A DNA stretch of 60,005 bases from Candidatus Niyogibacteria bacterium (GTDB taxonomy: Bacteria; Patescibacteriota; Minisyncoccia; HO2-45-28): assembly GCA_016181935.1 (NCBI GenBank), contig JACOYI010000006.1, forward strand, positions 1 to 60,005. The letters run 5' to 3'. Under the pieces are notes generated by a model, which saw only the letters and a program-made list of their open reading frames with translations, was not told the DNA's origin and searched no databases. The position numbers were made by a program, and so were the translations under genes. This document shows, piece after piece, positions 7,391-19,100 of the stretch (the first letter of the stretch is position 1; each line of letters starts with the position of its first letter).

Positions 7391-8167
7391 ATGCGCCATT
7401 CAACACTCCAACAGACGCGCCTTCGGCATCGTCGCCACCGCCTGATGATGACGGCGGGAATGGTCGGGATCTCTCTCGCAGGGATTGCGATTGCAGGGTT
7501 TGGGGCGGATCGCTGGCTCGCGGTTCAAACGATCAACGTGCGCGGCGCTTCGGGCGTATCCGCGCCCGATATTGAACGCACGGCATGGGAGTCCATAAAG
7601 AAAAATACGATCTTTCGCCGCAATATCGTCGGAATGAACACGCGCGCGCTTCGCGTAGCACTCCTCGATCGGTTTCCGGCGATTCGGGACATCCGTACCG
7701 AGCGCGATCTCGTGTCGCGCCGGCTGATCGTGACCACAGAGGAACGAGCTCTATGGGCGGAATGGTGCAATAGCGGCGAATGTATGTATGTGGACACGAA
7801 TGGTATCGCATTCGCATTTGTGCCGCAATCTTCCTTCCTTCCTCTTTTACAAATAAATGATTCCGGCGCAGCAGCCGCCCCGCTCGGCTCCGCCGTTTAT
7901 AATTCCATTGAGATAGGCATCATCCAAACATTCATCCGCTCGGTTGAATCTCTCGGCATTGATGTTGGACGAGTTGAACGATTGCCGGAAGGCGAACTCG
8001 ATTTTATCACAAGCGCGCGATGGACGCTGATCCTTGATTCCCGAACGGATCCGGAGATCGCCGCCGCGAATCTCGCCGCGCTTGTTGCGGGGCCGCTAAA
8101 AAATCAACATTCGATCGATTACATTGATCTTCGTCTGCCCGAAAAAGCGTTCTACAAATTGCGTTGA
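7391..8167 (+). CDS. FtsQ/DivIB-like cell division protein (POTRA)
   Basis: N-terminal TM helix, INVRG, YVDTNG.AF, C-terminal YIDLR...KAFYK. Confidence 0.75.
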   Translation: MRHSTLQQTRLRHRRHRLMMTAGMVGISLAGIAIAGFGADRWLAVQTINVRGASGVSAPDIERTAWESIKKNTIFRRNIVGMNTRALRVALLDRFPAIRDIRTERDLVSRRLIVTTEERALWAEWCNSGECMYVDTNGIAFAFVPQSSFLPLLQINDSGAAAAPLGSAVYNSIEIGIIQTFIRSVESLGIDVGRVERLPEGELDFITSARWTLILDSRTDPEIAAANLAALVAGPLKNQHSIDYIDLRLPEKAFYKLR

Positions 8168-8169
8168 TG

Positions 8170-8772
8170 CTAACGGCGGTTGTCGAGCGCGTCTTTCAGC
8201 GTATCGCGGTTCAGATATTCGATCTCGGCGCCCGTTGACATGCCGCGCCCGAGCCGCGAGATTTTGATGGCGCGCTCTCCCTGCAACGGCTCCAAAATTT
8301 TCTCGATATAACGCGCCGTAAAATTTCCTTCCGGCGTCGCATCGGTCGCCACGATCACCTCGCAGATCGAGGGCGTTGTTTTGATGCGTTCGTAGAGTTT
8401 ACGGAAACGAAGACGGCTTGCCCCTTCGCCATCACCGAACTCCGAAAGCGTTCCGCCCAAAACGAAATAGTGCCCGTCATACACGCCCGCGCGCTCAAAC
8501 ACGGCGAGATCCGCGTCTTTTTCAAGAATCGTGATCGTTGAATGGTCGCGCTGCGCATCGGCGCAAACCGCGCACGATCCGGCGCCAAGCACCCGGAAAC
8601 ATTCGCCGCACCGGCGGATACCCGCAAGCGCCGCGATCGCCGCGATAAGGTCATCGCGTGTTTTTTTATTCTCGTCCACCAAATAATAGGCGAATCGGGC
8701 GGCCTGCCGCGCGCCGATCCCGGGAAAGCGCATAAAGAGTTCGATCAATTTTTCGAGCTGTTCGAGTCGCAT
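8170..8772 (-). CDS. recR: Recombination mediator RecR
   Basis: PGIGARQAARF HhH, C4 zinc finger, TOPRIM EVIVAT...EG..TA. Confidence 0.95.
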   Translation of the reverse strand: MRLEQLEKLIELFMRFPGIGARQAARFAYYLVDENKKTRDDLIAAIAALAGIRRCGECFRVLGAGSCAVCADAQRDHSTITILEKDADLAVFERAGVYDGHYFVLGGTLSEFGDGEGASRLRFRKLYERIKTTPSICEVIVATDATPEGNFTARYIEKILEPLQGERAIKISRLGRGMSTGAEIEYLNRDTLKDALDNRR

Positions 8773-8775
8773 AGA

Positions 8776-10128
8776 TCAGTGGTCCGCAGGCACATGCCCT
8801 TCCTTGGCAAGCGCGGAGAAGCTCGTCCACGCCTGATTGAAATAAAGCGTGGCTTGTCCCAACGGACCGTTCCGGTGTTTTTGGATCATGATATCGGCCT
8901 GATTCGGACGGTCGCTATTCGGACGATACCGGTCATCGCGATAAATGAACATCACAACATCCGCATCCTGCTCGATGCTTCCGGACTCGCGAAGATCCGA
9001 GAGTTTGGGGATGGGGGGATGACGCGACTCCACGGCGCGCGACAATTGGGAAAGCGCCAACACGGGAATGCTTAGCTCGCGCGCCAACCCCTTGAGCGAG
9101 CGCGAAATTTCCGTGATCTGCTGGACAATGTTGTCGGTATTTGCGCGCGGCTGGATCAGCTGCAAATAATCCACAATGATGAGCTTCAATCCTTTTTCGG
9201 CCTGCAAGCGGCGGGCCATCGCGCGCATCTGCAAGATATTGATGCCCGCCTCGTCATAAATATAGATCGGCGCTTTTGAGAGGCGGTCGAGCGCATCGCG
9301 GATCCGCGTGAAATCATCGCTGTCGGCATTCAGGCGGCCGGTGCGGAGCCGCCACAGGTCCACATGGGCCTCCGCGGCGATGAACCGGTCCGTCAATTGA
9401 TCCGATGACATTTCGAGCGAAAAAAGGCCGACCGGAATTTGATGGTGCAGGGCGGCGTTCCGCGCGATATCGAGCGCCAGCGATGTCTTGCCGAGCGACG
9501 GACGCGCGGCAAGCACCACAAGATCGGATGCCTGAAAACCGGAGAGAACGTGATCGAGATCCGCGAATCCGGTGGGGATCCCGCGCAACTCGCCTTTATT
9601 TTTATGCAAACGGTCAATGCGCTCCCATGCATCCGCAAGCGCGGTCCCCACGGGGATCAATTTTTGGCGGAGCGAGGATTGCGAGATCGAAAATATCTTC
9701 TGCTCCGCCTCATCCAGCAGCATATCGACATTCTCTCCCTCCTGATACCCCAGTTGATGGATATGCCCCGCGGCCTCGATCATTTCGCGAAGCACGCCTT
9801 TTTTATGGACGATGTCCGCATGATACGCGGCGTTCGCCGCGGACGGAACGCTCGCGATGAGTTCCGCCAAGAAACTCTTCCCGCCGATCGCCTCGAGTTT
9901 GTTTTTTCCCTTCAAGTGGTTGGAAACCGATATGACATCGGCCGGTTCGTGCCGCTCGGCAAGTTCAACGACCGCCTCATAGATGATGCGATGCGCCTCG
10001 CGGTAAAAATGATGCGGTTTCAAAACATCCACGACATTATAGACCGCGTTCGCATCCAACATCAAAGCGCCGAGAACCGCGGTCTCGGCTTCGATATTCT
10101 GCGGGGGAGTCCGTAGTGATTCGGCCAT
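8776..10128 (-). CDS. dnaB: Replicative DNA helicase
   Basis: PPQNIEAE, AARPSLGKT, IVDYLQL, DLRESGSIEQDAD. Confidence 0.98.
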   Translation of the reverse strand: MAESLRTPPQNIEAETAVLGALMLDANAVYNVVDVLKPHHFYREAHRIIYEAVVELAERHEPADVISVSNHLKGKNKLEAIGGKSFLAELIASVPSAANAAYHADIVHKKGVLREMIEAAGHIHQLGYQEGENVDMLLDEAEQKIFSISQSSLRQKLIPVGTALADAWERIDRLHKNKGELRGIPTGFADLDHVLSGFQASDLVVLAARPSLGKTSLALDIARNAALHHQIPVGLFSLEMSSDQLTDRFIAAEAHVDLWRLRTGRLNADSDDFTRIRDALDRLSKAPIYIYDEAGINILQMRAMARRLQAEKGLKLIIVDYLQLIQPRANTDNIVQQITEISRSLKGLARELSIPVLALSQLSRAVESRHPPIPKLSDLRESGSIEQDADVVMFIYRDDRYRPNSDRPNQADIMIQKHRNGPLGQATLYFNQAWTSFSALAKEGHVPADH

Positions 10129-10190
10129 AGAACGATGGTATCAGATTATCGCCGGATGCAACCGGCGAGGTGGGGGAAACCGGTGGATAG

Positions 10191-11516
10191 TCAATCGTGG
10201 GGCTTCAAGACCGAACCCCCGCCATGATCTTCAACGTCCCACCCACGCTTTTGAATCTCTTCGCGCAACTCGTCTGCCTTTTGCCAATTCTCTTCCTTGC
10301 GAGCGCGGGCCCGCTCCTTCTCCAATTGTTGGACATCGTCCGGAATGGGTTTCGTGGATCCGAGTCCAAGCCCCAATATCCGATCCGCCCACATAAAATC
10401 GTCGTAGGAAAGACGGTCGCGATGGGCATGGAGCATCCCAACCGCGAATGATGTGTTAAGATCATCGGCAATGCTCTCCATAAACTGCTCGCGAAAATCG
10501 CTACGGTCATCCCTTTTATTTTCTTTGGCATCCAGAACACCATTCTTAATACCCGCAAAGCCTATGGTCGCGGAATGAAGCGCCTCCCATGTAAAATTGA
10601 GCGGAGAACGATAATGCGCATTAAAAACGAAGTAGCGAAATGCGAGCGGGGAAAACTTTTTTGCCGCAAGATCATCGAGTGTCAGAATATTCCCCAATGA
10701 TTTCGACATCTTCTTTCCATCCACCGTCAGAAGTTCGCCTTCGACAAAAAAACGGGCAAGCGGATGCCCCTCCGGATCCGCGGCGACCGATTGGGCGATC
10801 TCGTTTTCATGATGTGGAAACAGCAGATCGATGCCGCCCGCATGAATATCGAATGGCTGATCCAGCTCCTTTGTGCTCATGGCCGAACACTCGATATGCC
10901 ATCCGGGGCGGCCATCACCCCACGGGGAATCCCAAAACGGCTCGTCATCTTTTTTCGCTTTCCAAAGCACAAAATCCTGCGCGGCGTCTTTTGCATATTC
11001 ATCAATATCGATGCGCGCTCCGGCTTTCAGTTGCTGTTTATCCAGCCGACTCAACGCGCCATAGTCGCTGAATTTTGAGATATCAAAATAAACCGACCCC
11101 TCTTTTTCATACGCATATCCGCGCAGAAGGAGCCGCCCGATCAGCGCTTGCATCTCCTCGATATACTCGGTCGCGCGCGGATACGTGTCGGCATCCTCAA
11201 TATTCAACGCCCTCAAATCCTCGCGGAATTTATCCTCGTATTCCCGCGCCAGCTCCCCGATCGGCTTTCCGAGTTTTGCCGCGCGCTCGATGATTTTATC
11301 GTCCACATCCGTGATATTCATGACGTGGCGAACGGTGTATCCCTCCGCTTTCAATGCGCGTTTCAAGACGTCTTCAAAAATATAGGTACGGAGATTACCG
11401 ATGTGAACCGAATCATAGACCGTGGGTCCGCACGTATAAAACCCAACCGTACCGCTGTCGCGCGGCTTGAATTCTTCGATCTGTCGCGTGAGATAGTTGT
11501 AGAGCCGCAGGGCCAT
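10191..11516 (-). CDS. cysS: Cysteine--tRNA ligase
   Basis: CGPTVY..HIGN, GRPGWHIECS, KMSKSLGN. Confidence 0.98.
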   Translation of the reverse strand: MALRLYNYLTRQIEEFKPRDSGTVGFYTCGPTVYDSVHIGNLRTYIFEDVLKRALKAEGYTVRHVMNITDVDDKIIERAAKLGKPIGELAREYEDKFREDLRALNIEDADTYPRATEYIEEMQALIGRLLLRGYAYEKEGSVYFDISKFSDYGALSRLDKQQLKAGARIDIDEYAKDAAQDFVLWKAKKDDEPFWDSPWGDGRPGWHIECSAMSTKELDQPFDIHAGGIDLLFPHHENEIAQSVAADPEGHPLARFFVEGELLTVDGKKMSKSLGNILTLDDLAAKKFSPLAFRYFVFNAHYRSPLNFTWEALHSATIGFAGIKNGVLDAKENKRDDRSDFREQFMESIADDLNTSFAVGMLHAHRDRLSYDDFMWADRILGLGLGSTKPIPDDVQQLEKERARARKEENWQKADELREEIQKRGWDVEDHGGGSVLKPHD

Positions 11517-11534
11517 ACTATATAGTAGGATAAT

Positions 11535-12746
11535 ATGGAACGACGGCTTGTCGCAATGTTCATCAGTGGCGCCCTCCTGTTTTTGGGCGGGGTCTATGTC
11601 GGCTACACCAACCAGCCGGCCGTCAATTGGATCTCGAGCGTCACCAACAAGGAACCGGCGGAGCTTGGCGGAGAGTCCGTTGACTTCGAGCCGTTCTGGA
11701 GAGCGTGGCGCATCATTGAGGAAAAATACGTTTCCATCGATACGCTCGACCGCCAGACCATGGTATGGGGGGCGATTTCCGGCCTCGCCGCATCTCTCGG
11801 CGACCCGTATACCGTATTTTTCCCGCCGGAGGAAAAAAAGATCTTTGATTCCGAAGTGAGGGGGGATTTTGAAGGGGTGGGAATGGAGATCGGGATGCGC
11901 AAAGGAATTCTTGTCGTTGTCGCGCCGCTCAAAGGAACGCCCGCTTACAATGCCGGCGTCAAAGCGGGAGACAAGATCCTGAAGATCGGCGACGAATCAA
12001 CGGCCGAGATGACCGTGGACGAGGCCGTGCGCAAGATCCGCGGCAAAAAAGGCACGACCGTAACATTGACGCTTTTGAGAAACGGGGAGGACGATGTCCG
12101 CGTTATTGAGATCGCGCGCGACGTGATCCAGATCCCGATCTACGAAGCCGAAAAAAAAGGGAGCGTTTTCGTTATCCGCCTTTTTAGTTTTTCCGAGCGC
12201 TCGCCCGCGATCTTTCGGCAGGCGCTCAAGGAATTCATTGAATCCGGAAGTTCCAAACTCGTTCTTGACCTGCGCAATAATCCCGGCGGATACTTGGAGG
12301 CGGCGGTGGACGTCGCAAGCTGGTTTTTGCCGGCGGGCGATATCGTGGCGCGGGAGGATTTCGGACACGGCAAGGAGGAACTTCACCGGTCGCGGGGATA
12401 TGATGTTTTCGAAAATCTGGCGCTCGTTGTTCTTGTGAATGGCGGCTCGGCTTCGGCGTCCGAAATCGTCGCGGGAGCCCTTCGCGATCATGACGTTGCG
12501 AAGATCGTGGGAACCAAGACGTTCGGCAAAGGTTCGGTGCAGGAACTTCTATCTGTGACCAGCGACACCTCGCTTAAGGTGACCATCGCGCGGTGGCTGA
12601 CCCCCAACGGGCACTCCATTTCCGAATCCGGCCTTGAGCCCGATGTCGTTCAGGAGGCGGCAGGCGAAAACGACGAGGCTATTGACCCGCAATTGGATAA
12701 GGCGATTGAATTATTAAAGGAATTGCCCCAAAAATCGGAATCGTAG
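11535..12746 (+). CDS. S41 C-terminal processing protease with PDZ domain
   Basis: DLRNNPGG, SASASEI, TFGKGSVQ. Confidence 0.93.
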   Translation: MERRLVAMFISGALLFLGGVYVGYTNQPAVNWISSVTNKEPAELGGESVDFEPFWRAWRIIEEKYVSIDTLDRQTMVWGAISGLAASLGDPYTVFFPPEEKKIFDSEVRGDFEGVGMEIGMRKGILVVVAPLKGTPAYNAGVKAGDKILKIGDESTAEMTVDEAVRKIRGKKGTTVTLTLLRNGEDDVRVIEIARDVIQIPIYEAEKKGSVFVIRLFSFSERSPAIFRQALKEFIESGSSKLVLDLRNNPGGYLEAAVDVASWFLPAGDIVAREDFGHGKEELHRSRGYDVFENLALVVLVNGGSASASEIVAGALRDHDVAKIVGTKTFGKGSVQELLSVTSDTSLKVTIARWLTPNGHSISESGLEPDVVQEAAGENDEAIDPQLDKAIELLKELPQKSES

Positions 12747-12815
12747 ATTCCTGATTTTTGGTTGGCAAATTGCGACCTTCATTTATTTACTCACTAACGT
12801 TCGTATAAATTTGGC

Positions 12816-13259
12816 ATGAAAGTCCTTTTGTTAAAAGACGTCGCGGCTTTAGGACAGCGCGGCGATATCAAAGAGGTGAAACCGGGATACGCGCGGAATT
12901 TTTTATTGGCGCAGGGGCTTGCAAAACCCGCAAATTCGGGCGCGTTAAAGGAAGCGGAGACGCTCCGAGCGGCGCGCGAAGCCGAAAAGGCGGCGGAGGA
13001 TACGCAATTCACCTCGGCGCTTGCCGCCCTTGCGGGGCGCACATTCACCATTGAAGCGAAGGCGACCGCACAGGGAAATTTGTACCGCGCCATCAGCAAA
13101 AAGCAGATCATCTCGGCGCTCGAAGCCGGAGGTGTCGCCGGTATCATACCGGACGATATTGAAACGGATCCGATCAAGAAAATCGGCACGCATACCATCC
13201 GGCTCAGGCGCAGAAATTCGACGGGCTCCTGCACCATACAGATCGCCGCCAAAAAATGA
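12816..13259 (+). CDS. rplI: 50S ribosomal protein L9
   Basis: [12 protein letters not shown]....[10 protein letters not shown]. Confidence 0.95.
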   Translation: MKVLLLKDVAALGQRGDIKEVKPGYARNFLLAQGLAKPANSGALKEAETLRAAREAEKAAEDTQFTSALAALAGRTFTIEAKATAQGNLYRAISKKQIISALEAGGVAGIIPDDIETDPIKKIGTHTIRLRRRNSTGSCTIQIAAKK

Positions 13260-14917
13260 CGAGGTATATCTTTATCGCCGGCGGTGTGATGTCGGGGATC
13301 GGGAAGGGGATTTCCACCGCCTCCATCGGCGCGATCCTCATCTCTTGCGGATACCGCGTCTCATGCGTCAAGATCGATCCCTATCTCAATGTGGATGCCG
13401 GCACCATGAACCCCGTTGAGCACGGCGAGGTTTTTGTGACCGATGACGGCCTCGAATGCGACCAAGACGTCGGGAATTATGAGCGATTTTTGGACCAAAA
13501 TCTCTACCGCGCCAATTACATGACCTCGGGACAAGTGTACCAAACCGTCATCAACCGCGAGCGTTCTCTCGGATACGACGGTAAATGCGTAGAGACCGTT
13601 CCGCATATTCCGGAGGAGATCATCGCGCGCCTTGACCGCGTGGCCGAGCGCACAAAGGCGGATTTTGTTCTGATTGAGATCGGCGGAACGGTCGGCGAAT
13701 ACCAAAATCTGATCTTTTTTGAAGCCGCCCGCATGATGCATTTGTCGCTTCCTTCTCGCGTCCTGTTCGTGCTTGTAAGTTATCTGCCCATTCCGGCGAT
13801 GCTCGGCGAGATGAAGACCAAACCCACACAGCACGCGGTGCGCCAGTTGAACGCTTCCGGTATCCAGCCCGATATCATCATTGCCCGCTCGGCCGTTCCT
13901 TTGGATCTCCCGCGCAAACGCAAGATCGCCGTTTTCTGCAATATCCGCGTCGAAGACGTCATTTCGGCGCCCGATATCAAAAGCATCTATGAAGTGCCCG
14001 TCAATTTTGAAAAAGAAGAGATCTCGGCGCGTATTTTCGAGAAATTCGGCATTCCGACGCGTAAAGCCGATCTGGCACGCTGGGCACGCCTGGGCCGAAA
14101 AGTCGCATCGCTCAAAAAAACGGTTCGGATCGGGATCATCGGCAAATATTTTGCAACCGGCCGCTTTACGCTCTCGGATTCCTATATTTCGGTCATCGAG
14201 GCGATCAAACATGCGGCGTGGGACATCGGCGCAAAGCCCGATATTCAATGGCTCGATGCCGAACGGTATGAAGCGAATACGCCGAACGTCAGGGAGCTTG
14301 GGAAGCTCGACGGCATCATCGTCCCCGGAGGATTCGGAGGGCGGGGGATCGAGGGCAAAATGCGTGCGATCCGATACGCGCGCGAAAACGATATCCCGTT
14401 TTTCGGACTTTGCTATGGAATGCAGCTTGCGACCATTGAATTCGCGCGCACTGTCGCCGGACTCAAACGCGCATGCACAACGGAGGTGGATCCGCAAACG
14501 CCGCACCCGGTCATCGCCACCATGGAAGAACAGGAAAAAAATATCGCCATGGGAAAATTCGGCGGCTCCATGCGCCTGGGCGCGCATCCATGCCAATTAC
14601 GCAAGGGGACGTTGAGCTATCGCGCATACGCCGAGAACACCATCACCGAACGCCATCGCCACCGCTACGAATTCAATAATCATTTTCGCGAGGAGTTGGA
14701 GCGCGCCGGCCTCGTTATCGCGGGTGCGAACCCCGAACGAAATCTTGTCGAGATCGTCGAACTCAAAAAACATCCATTCTTTGTCGGCACGCAATTTCAT
14801 CCGGAATTAAAGTCGCGGCCGTTCCGGCCGCATCCGTTGTTCCTTGCATTCCTCCGCGCCTGCCTCGCCGAGTCAAGGCGGGCCTCCCGTAAGCGCGCGG
14901 AATCTAAACGACGTTAA
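13256..14917 (+). CDS. pyrG: CTP synthase
   Basis: [37 protein letters not shown]. Confidence 0.98.
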   Translation: MTRYIFIAGGVMSGIGKGISTASIGAILISCGYRVSCVKIDPYLNVDAGTMNPVEHGEVFVTDDGLECDQDVGNYERFLDQNLYRANYMTSGQVYQTVINRERSLGYDGKCVETVPHIPEEIIARLDRVAERTKADFVLIEIGGTVGEYQNLIFFEAARMMHLSLPSRVLFVLVSYLPIPAMLGEMKTKPTQHAVRQLNASGIQPDIIIARSAVPLDLPRKRKIAVFCNIRVEDVISAPDIKSIYEVPVNFEKEEISARIFEKFGIPTRKADLARWARLGRKVASLKKTVRIGIIGKYFATGRFTLSDSYISVIEAIKHAAWDIGAKPDIQWLDAERYEANTPNVRELGKLDGIIVPGGFGGRGIEGKMRAIRYARENDIPFFGLCYGMQLATIEFARTVAGLKRACTTEVDPQTPHPVIATMEEQEKNIAMGKFGGSMRLGAHPCQLRKGTLSYRAYAENTITERHRHRYEFNNHFREELERAGLVIAGANPERNLVEIVELKKHPFFVGTQFHPELKSRPFRPHPLFLAFLRACLAESRRASRKRAESKRR

Positions 14918-15176
14918 TGACGCGCTTGACATGGACCGAGCGATCGAACCGAATTCTGCGCCGCGATGCAAATTTTACAATTCCCGCGGTCACCGCAAAA
15001 AGCGTATGGTCCTTTCCCATACGCACATTTTTCCCCGGAACATATTCGGACCCGCGCTGGCGGATGATGATGGCGCCCGGCTTCGCGTGCGAGCCGTCCG
15101 AAAGTTTTATGCCGAGATATTTGGGCTTTGAATCGCGTAAATTTTTAGCTGTACCCCCCGCTTTTGTATGAGCCAT
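14904..15176 (-). CDS. rpmA: 50S ribosomal protein L27
   Basis: [22 protein letters not shown]. Confidence 0.96.
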   Translation of the reverse strand: MAHTKAGGTAKNLRDSKPKYLGIKLSDGSHAKPGAIIIRQRGSEYVPGKNVRMGKDHTLFAVTAGIVKFASRRRIRFDRSVHVKRVINVV

Positions 15177-15218
15177 GTTTCAATCTAAAATTTAAAATAT
15201 AAAAAGTAAAATTCGATC

Positions 15219-15404
15219 ATGCCGGATTTCACCATCATAGATGAATCTCAAATAACTGTCAAGGGGGCGCGGGGCGGATGGAAGCGGGATTTCGTTATCG
15301 TATTTTGCATCATTCTTGTTGCGGTCATCGCATTCGGATTGGGACGGCTTTCGGTTTTGTGGGAAGAAAAAATGCCCGTTCAAATAGAAACTATTTCGCG
15401 CTGA
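15219..15404 (+). CDS. Small single-TM hypothetical protein
   Basis: IILVAVIAFGLGRLS helix; TAAAAT box 6 nt before ATG. Confidence 0.6.
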   Translation: MPDFTIIDESQITVKGARGGWKRDFVIVFCIILVAVIAFGLGRLSVLWEEKMPVQIETISR

Positions 15405-15416
15405 TAATGCACATCT

Positions 15417-15475
15417 GAGAAAACTCAAAGGGTAGTCCTTTTCTGATTCCTAAGGACTACCCTTTGGGTTTTCTC
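15417..15475. repeat. REPIN-like palindrome, family A
   Basis: GAGAAAACTCAAAGGGTAGTCCTT-TTCTGATTCCT-AAGGACTACCCTTTGGGTTTTCTC. Confidence 0.9.
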
Positions 15476-15902
15476 GAATACTCGATCGTGAGTAACTCCC
15501 TTTTAATTTTTCGAATGCACCCGTAATGCGCGCCTCGTCGCTCCAGATCTGCGACGTCGCGGCGCCGGACAATCGCCCTCCGGCGTTAAATCCTCGGGAT
15601 AACTGACGGATGGAATTTTCGAGCTGAAGATAAAATCCGTAGGTTCGTCCGCTCGCGCGGATGAAATCCGCTATCACTTCCTTGCAAAGCGCCGCGCCGA
15701 TCGTCGGGCGCATATCTTTTTTTTCGCGAAGGAACCACACAAAAAGCATCTCGAGCTCGAATTCCGTCAAATATGTCAAGGCGTGCTTTATCAGTTTTCC
15801 ATCCTTGAACCGAATGAATACCGGACGTTCACCGCGGAATGTCTGTGCGTAAGAATCAAATGCGCGCATCAGGGTCCCCGTGGGAAGTTTCCGCTCGATC
15901 AT
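15450..15902 (-). CDS. Hypothetical protein
   Basis: Open frame from MIERKLP with TACAAT 6 nt upstream; stop falls inside the family A palindrome. Confidence 0.55.
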   Translation of the reverse strand: MIERKLPTGTLMRAFDSYAQTFRGERPVFIRFKDGKLIKHALTYLTEFELEMLFVWFLREKKDMRPTIGAALCKEVIADFIRASGRTYGFYLQLENSIRQLSRGFNAGGRLSGAATSQIWSDEARITGAFEKLKGSYSRSSIRENPKGSP

Positions 15903-16127
15903 ACCGCCATTGTACCGCGATATTTGGCTCAAACAAAGCGAAACGTAAGCTATATCAGCGTCTATCAATGTTGATTTTTCGCGCGAAAAAGCCGCAGGGC
16001 ACCCGCTCAAAAGGCACAGAAGCGAGCCGAGGAGAGTCCCTGGAGGTGAGATGGGGGCTCCCCCTCAGCCGGAGGGTTATCAACAGGTAAATCCGGTTTT
16101 CTCAATGGTCGCCCGTACAATGAAGCC

Positions 16128-19100
16128 ATGCCTGATGGTCAAGAAATCACAAAATCAAGCCATATCTCGGACTCACCAGATCCGGTGTTCATTCCGTTAA
16201 AAGAGGCGGAGCGAATTTCGGGTTACGCAAAAGATTACATTGGTTCACTCTGCCGGGCGAAGAAGATCGTTGCGCGGCGCGATCCCGAAAATAACTGGCT
16301 CATCCACCCCGAATCGCTCCTCACTCATAAAGCGACGACCGTCGCGGAACGGCAAAGACGAATGCGGCTGGAGAGTCAACGCGACCCGCTGAAACAGGCG
16401 CCGCAAAACCTGCCCGAGATTCCGAAAATTTCACCGGAACCTCGACTCGTGCAATTTGAGTCGTGGGATAAGCTTTTCCCCGAAGCAGTTGAACTTCCGC
16501 CCCGTCTCGTCCGTTCGGCTACAGCCGAGAACCCGGAATCGGCCTGCATTGGATCGTTCCGGCCGCGTGAACCGGTCCTGCCGCAAAAAATAATTCCCCG
16601 CCGCAATGAAGTACCGCGCCGTCATTTTGCGTGGAAAATCGTTGCTGTCATGATCGTTGTCGTAAGCGGATTTTGGTTCGGAAAATTCGGACCATCTGTT
16701 TTTGCGATGGCGGAAAAAATGCAATCCGCGATCGCAGTTGCCGTTCATCAAACCGCCACTCTTGCAGAAAACATTAAGGATAGTCCTTTTCTGATTCTTA
16801 AGGACTACCCTTTGGGTTTTCTGCATTCCCAATCCGCTTTAGTTATGGAGACCCTGTGGTCCTCCCTTTATGGTGAGCTTGGTCGAACCATCGAATCCTT
16901 CCCGCGTTCTCTCGGCGAAAAAGTCGGGAGCGCTGCGCGCTCCGGAGATTTGATGGAGCGCATCGCCCAGAAATTCATCCCGTCATCCGAAAGCGTCGTC
17001 CTGTATCCGCCTCCGCAACTGAACATTCCAGAAAATGCATCCGTCCCCGAATCCGGAACATCATCCGGTTTTACGGTTTCTCCTCCCGCTTCCAGTTTCC
17101 CGCCTCCAGCTTCCGGTCTCCAGTTTTTAGCTTCCAGAGTGGGCTTCCAGCAATCCGACCTTGATCGCGCGATTGCGGACGTGAATTCGAAACTTCAAGC
17201 CGAATCCAATCTTCTCCGCGCTTTAATTTATGAACGCGCCAATTCTAATTTCCAAGCGATTGCGCTCTCCAACAAAATTGATACGCTCTCGGGAATCACG
17301 CTCTCCTCGGTTACCGGTCTTAAAGATTCAGACATTCCGGACGATCTTACGGCATCGAATTACTTGCTTTTGAGTGGAGGAACCATCACATCGGATCTTG
17401 CGATTAGCGGCGCATTGACTGTTTCAGGTGCGCAAACCTTTTCCGGAGCCCTTACGATTCCGTATCTCTCCGCAACATCCTCAACCGCGTCTCAATTCAT
17501 TCAAGCATCGAGCACCCGATTGTCTGTGATAGATACGCTCTACGTCGGAGGAACGGCAACCACCACGATTCGGGGAAATTCGGCTACGAGCACCTTTGCA
17601 GGCGGAATGGAAGCACTCCAATTCGCAAGCTGGAACTGGATCGAAGCCCCACGGATCATGGCAACGTCAACAACCGCGACATCCACGTTTGCCTTTGCCA
17701 TTGCTTCTTCCAACGGAGACCTCATCCTGCATGCCCAGGGGACGACCAATGATCTGCTCTTAAACCCCTATGGAGGGAATGTGGGAATTGGAACAACAAC
17801 GCCGAGATATACGTTCACCGTTAACAGCTCAAACGCCACCGACAATCTTGTTCAAGTGGCAACCACCACGCATCCAGGAATCTTTGTCATCACCAATCGG
17901 GGCAATGTCGGCATCGGAACAACAAGCCCGCAAGCAAAACTTACGATTTGGGGAGGAAATGCAAATCCTTCTCTCTCGGCAAAACTGCTGGATGCCATGT
18001 ACGCATCCTCTTCCCTTTTCACCCTGTATGAATCTGGTGCTCTGGACATAGGGGGTGTTTCCTCGACAAGCCCTCGCTCACGTCTTGCGCTCACATCGGG
18101 AGGAGAACGCATGCTTCAGATCTTAAATACGGGAACGGTCCGTCTTGGCTCTTTTGCTTCTACATCTGCGCAATACCGCTTTGCGGTCAATGGCTCTGCA
18201 GGAATCTACGGCGCTCTTGCTCTGGGCAGTAAAACCTCATATCTCGCCTATTCTGCGTCGAATGGATCCGTTGCCTCCACCTCGAAGATTTCGGATAGCG
18301 AGAAAGGAGGACCATCAGGGCTGGATGCGAGTGATTTCTTCGGCCGTTCCGTCGCCGCTATCGGCGACCTGGACGGAGACGGCATCACCGATCTTGCCGT
18401 GGGGGCGCAGCAGGACGAAGCAAGCGGGACTGACGGCGACGGAGCGCTCCATATTCTCTTTATGAACCCCGATGGAACCGTGAAATCAACAGTCAAAATT
18501 GCTGATAACGTGAACTGGCGTCGCTGATCTTGCCGTGGGGGCGCAGCAGGACGAAGCCACGAGCGGGGGAAGTACAGCTGAAGGCGCTCTTCATATTCTT
18601 TTCATGAATCCCAATGGCACGGTGAAATCCACGGTCAAGATCTCGGATGCTGAAAACGGAGGGCCATCAGGGCTGGATGCGGGTGATAAATTCGGCCGTT
18701 CCGTCGCCGCTATCGGCGATCTGGACGGAGACGGCATCACCGACCTTGCCGTGGGGGCAGATGCCGATGAAGCAAGCGGGACTGACGGCGACGGAGCGCT
18801 CCATATTCTCTTTATGAACCCCGATGGAACCGTGAAATCAACAGTCAAAATTGCTGATAACGTGAACTGCGAGTGATTTTTTCGGCTTCTCTGTTGCTTC
18901 CATTGGCGATCTGGATGGGGATGGCGTCGTTGATCTTGCAGTGGGGGCATTCCGTGACGAAGCCACGAGCGGGGGCAGTTCAGACGAAGGCGCGCTTCAC
19001 ATCTTGTTCATGAATCCCAATGGCACGGTGAAATCCACGGTCAAGATCTCGGATGCTGAAAACGGAGGGCCGTCAGGGCTGGACGCGACTGATTTTTTCG

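Noticed and set aside
12816..13259. Presence of L9 as unusual for CPR
   Set aside because: L9 loss applies to only some CPR groups, so its presence is not anomalous
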